IMG/VR virus record: IMGVR_UViG_3300045988_174665
DNA: 64,000 bases
Source of the DNA: a virus
Reading direction: 5' to 3' (one strand)
Positions 48,634 to 58,056 of this stretch are shown in pieces (position 1 is the stretch's first letter; every line of letters begins with the position of its first letter). The translations under genes were made by a program, and so were the position numbers. The notes under the pieces were generated by a model. It saw nothing but the letters and a program-made list of their open reading frames with translations. It ran no database searches and was not told where the DNA came from.

Positions 48634-48723
48634 TTAGAGGTAGAGAAAGATGCCCAAGAAAATGCCGACCCAAATACCTAAAACAAAAACGCCTGCCATT
48701 GTTACCCAGAATAATAAATCCAT
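48634..48723 (-). CDS. possible 29-aa hydrophobic micro-protein
   Basis: ATG at 48723 with GGAG upstream; sequence MDLLFWVTMAGVFVLGIWVGIFLGIFLYL. Below the ORF-track cutoff, so speculative. Confidence 0.25.
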   Translation of the reverse strand: MDLLFWVTMAGVFVLGIWVGIFLGIFLYL

Positions 48724-48894
48724 TTAATCCAACTCCACTTCTTTTAATTCACTTTTTAAACTCATTAAAACTTTATTATACTTTTTATTTTAAAATCAAT
48801 TAAAGTTATCTCTGCTTTAAGATGGCACAAATAAAAAAGCCAAACCAAAAGCCTCCCAGAAATAACATTATATTTATAAACAAGCCCATTTATA

Positions 48895-49185
48895 CTATAC
48901 CTCCTTCTTCTCTTTTTCTTCAAGATACGGCTTTTCTTTACAGCACTGCCATTTTACACTTGAATAACTTTTGTCAAGAACCTTCCAAAATTCCCTATAA
49001 AGTCGCCGCAGTTCCTTCTTTCTTACTCTATCCTTTTTAGAGTTCATCATTAAATTGAGAGTCCTCCTCATTCCCTTCTTCTCCATCATTACTAAATATA
49101 CTATAGGATAAGGGAATTGTAACCAATTGCGAACTCCTAATTTATCTCTTAAAATTTCTGGAGGTAACCATTTCTCTTTTCCCAT
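48895..49185 (-). CDS. hypothetical basic protein
   Basis: 96 aa. Shares the motif SKK.R.RKK.L.R with the upstream ORF and overlaps it by 37 nt. Confidence 0.35.
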   Translation of the reverse strand: MGKEKWLPPEILRDKLGVRNWLQFPYPIVYLVMMEKKGMRRTLNLMMNSKKDRVRKKELRRLYREFWKVLDKSYSSVKWQCCKEKPYLEEKEKKEV

Positions 49186-49448
49186 TTTATCAACTCCTTC
49201 GCTACCCTATGAAGATTTTTCTTACGAGTTCTTTTCTTCTTGGAATGATAGCTTAAATGCAAAATATGTCCTTTTACGCCCTTTTCTGCAATAAAAACAT
49301 CAAGTAACTCATAGAAAGTTTTTAAAGGATGTGCTGGTTTTTCTGTCAATCTTAATTTTTCAATGATATATGACTGATTAGTATGAAGAAGTAATTCAGT
49401 TCTTACTTCATTTAATTTTAAAGGTGTATTTTTGTACCAAGTTATCAT
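49149..49448 (-). CDS. hypothetical basic protein
   Basis: 99 aa. See 48895..49185. Confidence 0.4.
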   Translation of the reverse strand: MITWYKNTPLKLNEVRTELLLHTNQSYIIEKLRLTEKPAHPLKTFYELLDVFIAEKGVKGHILHLSYHSKKKRTRKKNLHRVAKELIKWEKRNGYLQKF

Positions 49449-49492
49449 TTAGCTCTTCCTTTCTTATCAATTTGTTAAGATTTAAAATTAAT

Positions 49493-50080
49493 TTAATCTT
49501 CTTTAACTTTAAAATCAAAACCATAAAGTCTTCGGGAGGGTTTATTACCTAAAGCGGTAATAATTTTTTCAGTCACTTCTTTTTTAGACTGGGTGGTTGA
49601 AGCAATTCCCTTAATAATTTTTATTGTATATTTTAATGGCATTAAAACTCCATTAAAATAAACAAGAGTATTTTCATTTATAACACACTTCTTTTCTTCT
49701 CCGTTTGTTGAAAAAGAAGCTTCTTGATAATCCAACTCATATTCTTCAATTTTGGTTAGTCTATCTCTTTTTGCTCTTTCTAAATTAGTTTCTCTTGTTA
49801 CCCATTCAAGATTATTCAAACTATTATCCCTTTTATTATGATTTAAATGGTCAACAGTTAAGTCTTCGGCATTTGGAATAGGGCGAAAAGTTAATAAAAC
49901 CAATCTATGAGCTAATTTCTTACCCGATTCAGTCTGAATGGCACAGTAGCCACTCTGATTAATTCGATAAGAAAGATTTCTTTTTCGGCGGTCTTTAAAA
50001 TGTCCTAAACTAGATACCCATACACCAAACTCTTTATTAAACTTCCAAGTTTCAAGACTAAAAATAATTTTAGGTAACAT
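49493..50080 (-). CDS. HNH homing endonuclease (NUMOD4-like N-terminus plus HNH_3)
   Basis: ...LAHRLVLLTF...DHLNHNKRDNSLNNLEWVTRETN... is the classic HNH_3 core. Confidence 0.85.
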   Translation of the reverse strand: MLPKIIFSLETWKFNKEFGVWVSSLGHFKDRRKRNLSYRINQSGYCAIQTESGKKLAHRLVLLTFRPIPNAEDLTVDHLNHNKRDNSLNNLEWVTRETNLERAKRDRLTKIEEYELDYQEASFSTNGEEKKCVINENTLVYFNGVLMPLKYTIKIIKGIASTTQSKKEVTEKIITALGNKPSRRLYGFDFKVKED

Positions 50081-50114
50081 AAAATCAACCTTTCTTTTCT
50101 TATTTTCTATATAT

Positions 50115-50143
50115 ATTATATAAAAAATTTTTTAAAAAGTCAA
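50115..50143 (-). promoter_or_regulatory. conserved promoter-leader (minus strand)
   Basis: TTGACT (50143-38), 17 bp, TATAAT (50120-15). Confidence 0.6.
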
Positions 50144-50158
50144 ATAAAAAATGGTGTA

Positions 50159-50860
50159 TTAAGATACACCATTTTCTCTATTCTTATACAATTGTACTTT
50201 TTCTTCTTCCCTTAAACCTCTTAAAGCTTCCATAATCTCTTCCTTAATCCCAGAACTATTTATCTTGTCAACAGCCGCATCTATCATTTCTGTATAACTT
50301 GCACCTAATGGCATATCATCAATTGCTTCTCCAACTATCTTATCAAGTTTATCCAAAGCTTCGTGTAAAGAAGGGGCTTCTTTAGTGGTTTCTTCTTTAG
50401 TGGTTTCTTCTTTAGTGGTTTCTTCTTCGGGAGTTTCTTCAAGAGTAGAAAATTCCCAAGAACCTCCATCTCCATTTCCCCCAAAAGTTGGAACAGAAAT
50501 CCACTTATAAAAATTGTCATCTTCTGTCTTATTCTTATCTTTATTCTCGTCCTTACAAGAAGAAAACCGAGAAGTTAATTCCTTTAAGGCTTTACCAGTG
50601 AAATTGGTTTGCACTGTCCAATCTTCTGTTTTTGGAAACTTTTCTTTAATCATCATTTGAGGCAGAGCATCATTCTTTTTACTATCTACCTTTTTTCTTG
50701 GGTTAGTAATAAACTCATAAAACTCTTTTTCACATTCTGGACAAAGCACAGGACTTTCTTTCTCGAATCTTATAAAAACTTTCCTCATTTCACCATCAAA
50801 ATCATTAGATGAAATTGTTTCAAACAGGTTGCCGCAACGGTCACAAAAAACTTTAATCAT
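50159..50860 (-). CDS. Zn-ribbon protein with an acidic EETTK repeat
   Basis: CDRCG...CPEC at the N-terminus and EETTKEETTKEETTKE in the middle. Confidence 0.45.
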   Translation of the reverse strand: MIKVFCDRCGNLFETISSNDFDGEMRKVFIRFEKESPVLCPECEKEFYEFITNPRKKVDSKKNDALPQMMIKEKFPKTEDWTVQTNFTGKALKELTSRFSSCKDENKDKNKTEDDNFYKWISVPTFGGNGDGGSWEFSTLEETPEEETTKEETTKEETTKEAPSLHEALDKLDKIVGEAIDDMPLGASYTEMIDAAVDKINSSGIKEEIMEALRGLREEEKVQLYKNRENGVS

Positions 50861-50875
50861 TATAAACCTCCAAAT

Positions 50876-51535
50876 TTACCAATTTACATAAACATCTAAT
50901 ACGCCCGAGGCACAGCCGCAGTCATAAATTTTTCCCATTTTTCCAAAGGGAGTACTTACAACTGTACCCTTACTTAAATCTGATGAAGCCAAACAAATAT
51001 ATCCGTCTCCATCACACACAAAACCGTCACCGTCGGTATGACGATAAGGTATATTTAATCCATAACCCGGCAATATCCTTTCGGAATACCAAGTCCATTT
51101 ATAACCTCCCCAATACAATACTCCAGAATATTGTAAATCTGTAGGATTATAATAAGTTTCTATCTTATTGTAATTTTCTTCTTCAACCTCAACCTCAACA
51201 GGCTTAGTTGCCTCAACTTCTTCAACAATCTTTTGTTCTGGAGCTTTTTCTTCGATTTTCTTTTCTTCTTTCTTCTCTTCTTTCTTTTTTTCTTTCTTTT
51301 CTTCTTTCTTCTGAGAAACCTTTGTTGGTTTTTGTGTTGTAGAAATTCCTTGAGTTGTTGGTTGTGTTTTCTCCACTTTTTTTGTAGTGGGTTGCGTTAC
51401 TTTACTTTCTATTACTTTAGTAGAAACGGTGGCATTAGACTCTTCTCCTTTATTTGTTTGAGTACTACAGGCACAAACAGTAAATAATGTAAAAATTACC
51501 ATAAGTGCAGTTATAAGTTGAACTATATTTTTCAA
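50876..51535 (-). CDS. secreted/lipoprotein with a C-terminal 3D (RlpA/MltA-like DPBB) domain; putative cell-wall hydrolase
   Basis: TTG start after AAGGAG. Signal peptide with LFTVCAC. K/E/T-rich linker. The C-terminus ...HTDGDGFVCDGDGYICLASS...GKIYDCG... resembles 3D-domain proteins. Confidence 0.55.
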   Translation of the reverse strand: MKNIVQLITALMVIFTLFTVCACSTQTNKGEESNATVSTKVIESKVTQPTTKKVEKTQPTTQGISTTQKPTKVSQKKEEKKEKKKEEKKEEKKIEEKAPEQKIVEEVEATKPVEVEVEEENYNKIETYYNPTDLQYSGVLYWGGYKWTWYSERILPGYGLNIPYRHTDGDGFVCDGDGYICLASSDLSKGTVVSTPFGKMGKIYDCGCASGVLDVYVNW

Positions 51536-51549
51536 ATAAACACTCCTTA

Positions 51550-52476
51550 TTAATGTGCCAATACATCATAAGTAGAAATTACACTTAAATCTTTATAAAT
51601 ATTATTACCAATAAGGGCTTTGAATTTCTCTTTAGATGTCTGACTTTTTCTTAATCTTAATTCCATATGAAATTGAATTAAAACTGTTATATATAAATCT
51701 CTTTCGAGAATTGTTTTATACATATCGTGATGATAAGGAACTGTCGTTTTATTAACTAAATATGCGTATGCAGAAACAAATTGATGGTTATAATAATGAG
51801 ATATTCCTTTATCATCTTTAGTTTCCGTAAATATCTTTCCAATATCGTGATACTGTAAAACTTCTACAAGAATGTCTTTTTCATAATTTTCTTTTGCTAA
51901 AGTAGCCGCAGTATCCATATGTAATCCGATTGGAAAAGAATGATGTGGATTGTTATGATTGATTGTTCGTGAAATACTTAATAGACTATCTAAATCCTGT
52001 GTTGGCAAAAGGTTATTCTTATTTTGAATGATTCTAATATCATCCCAACCTTCATAGTAATAAGGAACAGTAAAATGCTGTAGCTGTTTGTAAATTACTT
52101 CAGCTGGAACAACAACCTCTCGGGTTGAATCTGCTTTTCTTTTAAAAATTTCCTTTAAAGATGCAATTGCCACTACACATATCTTTTTACACGGTATTTT
52201 TTCAATACTTTTTAAAAAGTGAACTCGTCTTTTAAAGCTGAGATTTGTTGCATCATAAATAACATTTTTGCCCTCTTTTAAATCCGCAATAACACGATTT
52301 CCTAACTTTGAAAAAATCTTTTGCGGGTTCGCTTGTATATTGGCATCACCATAAAGCTCCTTTCTAATAGCATCAGAGGAATGAATGACGCCATTATATT
52401 TAATTGCAATTTCTTTTGCTAAAGTTGACTTGCCGCTGTAGCTAAGTCCAACCATCATAATAAAATAATTCGTCAT
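51550..52476 (-). CDS. P-loop polynucleotide-kinase-like domain fused to an HD phosphohydrolase domain
   Basis: Walker A GLSYSGKST, SSDAIR and YDATN...KRR (PNK-like). The C-terminal half has H...HD...D residues (HHSFPIGLH, YHDIGK). Confidence 0.65.
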   Translation of the reverse strand: MTNYFIMMVGLSYSGKSTLAKEIAIKYNGVIHSSDAIRKELYGDANIQANPQKIFSKLGNRVIADLKEGKNVIYDATNLSFKRRVHFLKSIEKIPCKKICVVAIASLKEIFKRKADSTREVVVPAEVIYKQLQHFTVPYYYEGWDDIRIIQNKNNLLPTQDLDSLLSISRTINHNNPHHSFPIGLHMDTAATLAKENYEKDILVEVLQYHDIGKIFTETKDDKGISHYYNHQFVSAYAYLVNKTTVPYHHDMYKTILERDLYITVLIQFHMELRLRKSQTSKEKFKALIGNNIYKDLSVISTYDVLAH

Positions 52477-52490
52477 TTCTCTTTCTCTCC

Positions 52491-53309
52491 TTAACCAAAA
52501 TAACCACTATAATCTAAGATTACTGGCTGATTAGTTTTAAAATCAAAACCTACATTACCTGCGTGAATATCATTTATATGCATCTCATTAATAAAAATGG
52601 ACAATTCTTCAAAATCCTGCCAATTCAAGCGGTTCTGAAAAAGATTGTCAATTGCAATATTATCCCCAACCTCTCCTTTTTCAGATGGAGTTGACCAAGA
52701 AACCAGTGATGAGGGAGCCTTAGAACAGGGAGTACAAAAAACATAAGAACCTGTACAATATCCCTCTTCACTATCGTATCTCTGCTCGTGAGCATAATAC
52801 TTTTCTACCTCTTCAGTGCAAACCCTTACTCTTTCAGAGATATAAAAAGGATAACCATAAAAATATCCTAAAAAATAAGTTCCCGCAAAGCATTGCCTTA
52901 CTTGTGAAAAATCAGCTTCCAGAATTTGAGTTAAGATAGCTTCTTTTTTACAATAATCAATTGCTTCTTTGTAGTCATCTTTAGTAAGATTATGATAATC
53001 TTTATTAAAGTTACTAATCAAATGAGAAGTATATTCCTCATTTGGAATTGTACAATTTCTTTCATCAGTAAAAGGAACTTTAATTACATAATCTTTACCA
53101 AACTGGTATTTTATAATAATAACCCCTTTTGTTGCCCCACTGTCACTTTCATACCAAGCGTTACCAGTTTCATATCTTCCGAAAGCTTTCCTTTGCCAGT
53201 TATGAAAACTGGTACTTGTGCCATTAAGTATAAAAGTATCAAAAGAATACTTTTTTACCAAGTCTTCAATTACTTTTTTAAAAAATAAACGAACTTTATT
53301 TTCAATCAT
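52491..53309 (-). CDS. protein-kinase-like fold protein (tentative)
   Basis: YVIKVP (VAIK-like Lys), INDIHAGNVG (catalytic D.H..N) and ILDYSG (DFG-like). Confidence 0.35.
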   Translation of the reverse strand: MIENKVRLFFKKVIEDLVKKYSFDTFILNGTSTSFHNWQRKAFGRYETGNAWYESDSGATKGVIIIKYQFGKDYVIKVPFTDERNCTIPNEEYTSHLISNFNKDYHNLTKDDYKEAIDYCKKEAILTQILEADFSQVRQCFAGTYFLGYFYGYPFYISERVRVCTEEVEKYYAHEQRYDSEEGYCTGSYVFCTPCSKAPSSLVSWSTPSEKGEVGDNIAIDNLFQNRLNWQDFEELSIFINEMHINDIHAGNVGFDFKTNQPVILDYSGYFG

Positions 53310-53341
53310 TCTTTTCTCGCCTTTCTTTATTTTCTATATAT

Positions 53342-53370
53342 ATTATATAAAAAATTTTTTAAAAAAACAA
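53342..53370 (-). promoter_or_regulatory. conserved promoter-leader (minus strand)
   Basis: TTGTTT (53370-65), 17 bp, TATAAT (53347-42). Confidence 0.5.
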
Positions 53371-53622
53371 GTTTTAAAAAATTACCTGATATGAAACACC
53401 ATAATTAATAATTGAACAAGATAAATCAATTTTATTTTTAAAAGCTATCTTAAATACCTGACATATAGAAGGAGGGAATAAGGAAAACTCTGGTGAATAC
53501 TGAATATAGACCTTAAAAAATTTCAAAAATTTTCTGCTGTTTTTTAGGAGTGACTTTAAAGCAATCACCACCAACCTCTTGTGTGAATATGTTTTTCTTT
53601 AAAAAAATATAATCTCCTATCT

Positions 53623-54495
53623 TCATTTTAATGCTCCTTTCTCCTTCATTTCTGTTAATCTTACTGCTACTTCTACAGTTATAGTATCAAAATACTCAAG
53701 AAAAATCTGTTGCAAAAGTCCTGATGCGTTTTTTTCTGACCATTTTTTATCTGTGTCTAAAGTATAGGTTTTATCGTCTTCAAATAATTCTATCGAAGGA
53801 ATCTCATAAAATTTTTCTGGCGACAAATCTTCTTTAAATATATTGATTAAATTATTAACATTAGAAAAAGTGATTGCTTTATATTCTTCTGCATTATATT
53901 TATATTCAAGAATCATGCGAGAAGAAAAACCAGAAAAATTTGTGTACATTTCTGAAATTGAGACACCGTCGAAAATTGCAAATAACCAATTAATATGGTA
54001 AAAAACTCTATACCACTTTTGTTTGCAACGAGAACAACTAGTTATCATTCCCATCACTTGACGATAAAGAACAGAATAATTTTGAAAAAATACCTGATTA
54101 ACTTTTGATTTAAGCTGTTCGTAAAATTCTTTATATAATGGATTAACTCTTATTGTGCTACTTAGAATTGGTTCAAAATAGGTAAAATTTCCTTTAAAGA
54201 AACTTGTAATAAACTTTCTGATATCAACAGTCTTAATCTTTCCATTATTTACTACAAGCTCATGGCAATCAATCTGTTTGTTTAGACAAAATTCTTCATA
54301 GGTTGGAAAAATGACCGCCACAGCATCATAATCACTTAGATTTGTTGCTAATTCATAATTTTGACTGCCAATTAAAGATATAAAGAAAATTTCTCTGCCA
54401 CCGTCGCTTAAAATTTTTTCATAACCCCTTAATATTGCATCTACTTTATCTGCATAGTCCTTATTTAACAGACTTACCCTATCGTATCTATACAT
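53623..54495 (-). CDS. Pol-beta-superfamily nucleotidyltransferase (RlaP / PF10127-like)
   Basis: GSQNYELATNLSDYD matches the GS-x(9-13)-DxD nucleotidyltransferase motif. Adjacent to the RNA ligase gene. Confidence 0.55.
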   Translation of the reverse strand: MYRYDRVSLLNKDYADKVDAILRGYEKILSDGGREIFFISLIGSQNYELATNLSDYDAVAVIFPTYEEFCLNKQIDCHELVVNNGKIKTVDIRKFITSFFKGNFTYFEPILSSTIRVNPLYKEFYEQLKSKVNQVFFQNYSVLYRQVMGMITSCSRCKQKWYRVFYHINWLFAIFDGVSISEMYTNFSGFSSRMILEYKYNAEEYKAITFSNVNNLINIFKEDLSPEKFYEIPSIELFEDDKTYTLDTDKKWSEKNASGLLQQIFLEYFDTITVEVAVRLTEMKEKGALK

Positions 54496-54524
54496 TTTTT
54501 CGCCCCTTTTTATTTTCTATATAT

Positions 54525-54553
54525 ATTATATAAAAAATTTTTTAAAAAAGCAA
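54525..54553 (-). promoter_or_regulatory. conserved promoter-leader (minus strand)
   Basis: TTGCTT (54553-48), 17 bp, TATAAT (54530-25). Confidence 0.5.
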
Positions 54554-54575
54554 AAAAAGAGAGGTTAACCTCTCT

Positions 54576-55769
54576 TTAATCGTGATGCTTAAGCAGATAT
54601 TCTCTCGAAACATTTTTAAAGCTAAAATCAGTCTTTGGATTTCTCAATACAATTCCCTCTCTATATACAGAAGGATTAACAACCGACTTCGCAGTCGCAA
54701 CTTTCTTAAATTCGTCCAAATCTTTAGGAAGCTTATAATGAGCATCGAGAATTGGGACAAATTTCATTCCCATTTCATTTACCACCAATTGTGCCTCAGT
54801 AGAAGGTACTCTACCTCTGTCTGAACGAATAAAATTAAAGATGTATAAATCATCTTCTTTGAGCTTCAAAGGATTACCTTGAACGCTGCCTACAGATTCG
54901 CCTTGAACACAAACATAATCAAGCTCAGGATTCTGTTTTAAATATGTTTCAAGTTGCTCTCTAATATGGTATTTAAAAGCCATATCCCAATAAATGTTAT
55001 GGTCGTGATAGCAATTTTGTTTCTCATCTTTCTGTCTTATATTTCGAGAAAGAACATAAAATTCAAACTTATTTCTTCTCTTCTTTTTTCTTTCAAGAAT
55101 ATAAGTTGAAGAAGTACCGTCCAACTTCTCAGTTACAATCCAATCATCCTCATTATTAAGAATAAAGGGAATGTTCTCAACTCTCTCTTCGTCGGTTTTA
55201 TGAATATAAGGGAAGTGAGTTGGAAAAGCCTTTGGACTATCTTTCTTTTTGCCCAAAAAGACAAAGAGAAGTTTTCTACCCCACTCCCTCTTCATAAGCC
55301 AACGGAATGGCTTCTTTTTCATAATATTTTTATGTCTTGCCGCCATTGACATATATTTAATATCTTTAGCTTTGTTAGCCTTACGAATATTATCATCTTG
55401 AGAAATATAAGTTACTCCAAGCTTCTGTCCAACATCAGAATGAAGTGGTAAATCTTTAAATTCTGGAAAAGCAGACAGCGGCATTAGAAGTCCTTGTGAA
55501 ATAACTTTACACATTCTTTGAGTCTTTACTTTAAAATTACGCTTTGCCATAAAAGTAAATCTCTCATCGTTGTCAGGAACTTTTGAGTCAATTTCAAAGT
55601 AAATACCTTTCTTTTTAGTTTCGTCATTAGGGTCAAAGTCGCCCTTTCCTACTACGCAATGCCAGCCACCAACAGTTGCTAATTCAACCCTATCGTAACC
55701 TTCCAATGGAGTGACCTTATCAACCTCTACAATATAAGCTAACATTCTCTCGCCTTTTTCGTTTAACAT
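54576..55769 (-). CDS. ATP-dependent RNA ligase with an N-terminal OB/tRNA_bind-like domain (Rnl5/DraRnl-like)
   Basis: N-terminus AYIVEVDKVTPLEGYDRVELATVGGWHCVV is OB-like. Nucleotidyltransferase motif I is TEKLDGTS (KxDG). Confidence 0.75.
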   Translation of the reverse strand: MLNEKGERMLAYIVEVDKVTPLEGYDRVELATVGGWHCVVGKGDFDPNDETKKKGIYFEIDSKVPDNDERFTFMAKRNFKVKTQRMCKVISQGLLMPLSAFPEFKDLPLHSDVGQKLGVTYISQDDNIRKANKAKDIKYMSMAARHKNIMKKKPFRWLMKREWGRKLLFVFLGKKKDSPKAFPTHFPYIHKTDEERVENIPFILNNEDDWIVTEKLDGTSSTYILERKKKRRNKFEFYVLSRNIRQKDEKQNCYHDHNIYWDMAFKYHIREQLETYLKQNPELDYVCVQGESVGSVQGNPLKLKEDDLYIFNFIRSDRGRVPSTEAQLVVNEMGMKFVPILDAHYKLPKDLDEFKKVATAKSVVNPSVYREGIVLRNPKTDFSFKNVSREYLLKHHD

Positions 55770-56035
55770 TATACATCATCCTTCCATTTTTTCGTTCTCA
55801 TTTCAATAATATAATCTATTACTTTTTCATATTCTGTTTCTGTTAAAGAAAGTAGTGGCACGACTGTCTTATCAAAATTTGAAAAACCCGCCATTTTCAT
55901 AAAGTCATTAACAAATTCTCCGATTACCCTATAGGTATCAATTCCCAATTCGGGGTATGTATCTCTTGATACTCTACTCACTGTTTTAGAACCAATCTCA
56001 TTGGTATTTTCATAGCTCATTTTTAACTTAATCAT
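55769..56035 (-). CDS. hypothetical small protein
   Basis: 88-aa ORF coupled to the ligase gene. Confidence 0.4.
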   Translation of the reverse strand: MIKLKMSYENTNEIGSKTVSRVSRDTYPELGIDTYRVIGEFVNDFMKMAGFSNFDKTVVPLLSLTETEYEKVIDYIIEMRTKKWKDDV

Positions 56036-56273
56036 TTTTATAATCCTCCAACTTAACGAGTTTTAAAACTCGATAGACCTCGGGAGGTACAAAACCAAGT
56101 TTTTGCAAATCTTCATCCTTTTCTATTTGGTGGTATACAGAAATTCCATCTTCAAGAAAAACAATACTATCTCCTACAATAAGTTCTGACCAATTAACAG
56201 CGTCACTTAATTCAAATAACTGACCGTCAATTTTTAAAACTATATTATCAAACTTTATTGGTCTGGTTATCAT
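56028..56273 (-). CDS. hypothetical small protein
   Basis: ORF 56028..56333. Start set to MITRPIKF (56273), downstream of the conserved promoter-leader. Confidence 0.4.
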   Translation of the reverse strand: MITRPIKFDNIVLKIDGQLFELSDAVNWSELIVGDSIVFLEDGISVYHQIEKDEDLQKLGFVPPEVYRVLKLVKLEDYKND

Positions 56274-56304
56274 TTTAAAACTCCTTTTCTTATTTTCTAT
56301 AAAT

Positions 56305-56333
56305 ATTATATAGAATTTTTTTAAAAAAAGCAA
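56305..56333 (-). promoter_or_regulatory. conserved promoter-leader (minus strand)
   Basis: TTGCTT (56333-28), 17 bp, TATAAT (56310-05). Confidence 0.5.
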
Positions 56334-56334
56334 A

Positions 56335-57987
56335 TTATAAATATTGTTTAATTAACTCAGAAAAGTTTCTTAAAAAATGAATCGAAATGGTGTCTTTTTG
56401 TAGGGCCGCTGTTCGCTGTATATCCCAAGCATTTTTAATGCCTGCCTGAGATTGCTGCGTTGGATAAAGTATTTCTGGAGTTGTAATAGTAACTCGAACC
56501 AATTTAGATAAATTTTTTTCTTTTGTATAATCTGTAATTGCCCGATAAATTAAATATAAGAAAAAGGACAAGGGAATTAATATACCGTTCAAGTTCATAA
56601 TGTGAATAGCATTTGTGGTTGTTTCTTTAAAATCTCCAATAGAAGAGGCATCGTCAAATAATAAATATGCCACATCCTGAGCTAATAAACGGCTTAAATC
56701 TTCTTTATAATTTTCTTGATTACCAATTGCCCCTTTTCCTAATTGTAAAATTGCTCCAACCACATAAACAAAATTTTTATCTATATTAGAGAAAATTTCT
56801 TTAAAAGAATCCATTTTAATAGCTGTGCCGGCGGAGTAACCTCTCTTAGAAAAGTTTTCATTTAAGGTATATAATTTAGAAGAACTATAAACAATAAAGC
56901 CATTATTAATTTTATCTAATCTCTGTCTTAAAATTTCAAATGCTCTATTATTATCCACATAATTACCTAAAGAGTTTTCTTTTGTAATTTTTTCTATAGC
57001 GTCTTTATCTATACCATAAGTATAAATATTATCCGCTTTAATCTTTTTCTCTCCAGAACCAATTCCTTCAATTTTGTATCCTTGATTTTTATTGTTTTGT
57101 AACATAAAGATGAAGTTTTCCAAAAATTCTTGTTCTAAACCGCCTTGACCAGCCGCTGTCTGCATAGCAACTTTGTTCTTTCTAGTGTTACCCAAAATCG
57201 CCTGTTTACAACTCATTAAGCTAACTCCTCTTTTACTTTTACTTTCTTTAATTCTCTTTTTAATTGAATTTTTAATTTTATCAACTTGATACACTTGGCA
57301 CATATTCCGCACGAAGGGGTTGGTGGCAGCCTTGCCTCTATATTTTTCTAAAGCTTCTACAACTTCGGCATAAGCGTTAGAATAATCTTTCCCAGTTTTA
57401 TTTAATCCATTTTCTTGATTAGCACTGAATTGTAAAATTAAAGCTTCTTGTACAATTTCTGGCATTACCTCGTCAATTACATTTTCAATTGCTGAATTAA
57501 TTTTTACTCCTTTTTTAATTTGACTAATAATTTTTCGAGAAATTTTTCCCTCATATTTATCCCAAACCTTACCAAAATAAGTGCCAAAAAAGGCAGTAAC
57601 TGTTTTTTGTCCCTTGGTATTCTTTATTAAGGCTACATTTCTTTCATAAACTTTTTTTAAGTTCATCGTTTCATTAAGAAGCTCAATTATTTTCTTTGCT
57701 CCATCTGCGGAGGCTGTCGAATCTTTTACTCCCCTTCCTACATTAATACCATAAACTTTTCTTAAAAGGGCTTTTTCTTTCTTTTCTTCATTTTGAGCTA
57801 GTCTTAATAATTGCTTGGCAGCGGTGACGTCTTCTGAACCCAGAGCATTTCTGAATTTACCACCGTCCCTCAAATTTCTTTTAATTGTATCGTAAGTTTT
57901 TCTATAAGTCGGTCCACTGTCTTTTAATCTTTCGTAAAAAACATACATACTAGACAAAGAGCGACTTTGTATGTCTAAAGCTGGCAT
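56335..57987 (-). CDS. large hypothetical protein (550 aa)
   Basis: Long ORF with an AGGAGG RBS. No motif recognised by eye. Confidence 0.5.
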   Translation of the reverse strand: MPALDIQSRSLSSMYVFYERLKDSGPTYRKTYDTIKRNLRDGGKFRNALGSEDVTAAKQLLRLAQNEEKKEKALLRKVYGINVGRGVKDSTASADGAKKIIELLNETMNLKKVYERNVALIKNTKGQKTVTAFFGTYFGKVWDKYEGKISRKIISQIKKGVKINSAIENVIDEVMPEIVQEALILQFSANQENGLNKTGKDYSNAYAEVVEALEKYRGKAATNPFVRNMCQVYQVDKIKNSIKKRIKESKSKRGVSLMSCKQAILGNTRKNKVAMQTAAGQGGLEQEFLENFIFMLQNNKNQGYKIEGIGSGEKKIKADNIYTYGIDKDAIEKITKENSLGNYVDNNRAFEILRQRLDKINNGFIVYSSSKLYTLNENFSKRGYSAGTAIKMDSFKEIFSNIDKNFVYVVGAILQLGKGAIGNQENYKEDLSRLLAQDVAYLLFDDASSIGDFKETTTNAIHIMNLNGILIPLSFFLYLIYRAITDYTKEKNLSKLVRVTITTPEILYPTQQSQAGIKNAWDIQRTAALQKDTISIHFLRNFSELIKQYL

Positions 57988-58056
57988 AATTCCTCCTATA
58001 AAAAAAGAGCGTTATTCACGCTCTTATGTATATAAAACAGCCTCTATTGAAGCCGA

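Noticed and set aside
53374-53574. 66-aa minus-strand ORF between the RNA repair genes.
   Set aside because: It has a TTG start, no RBS and low-complexity K/F/I-rich sequence. The region carries an ncRNA-like hairpin motif instead. It is treated as non-coding with low certainty.
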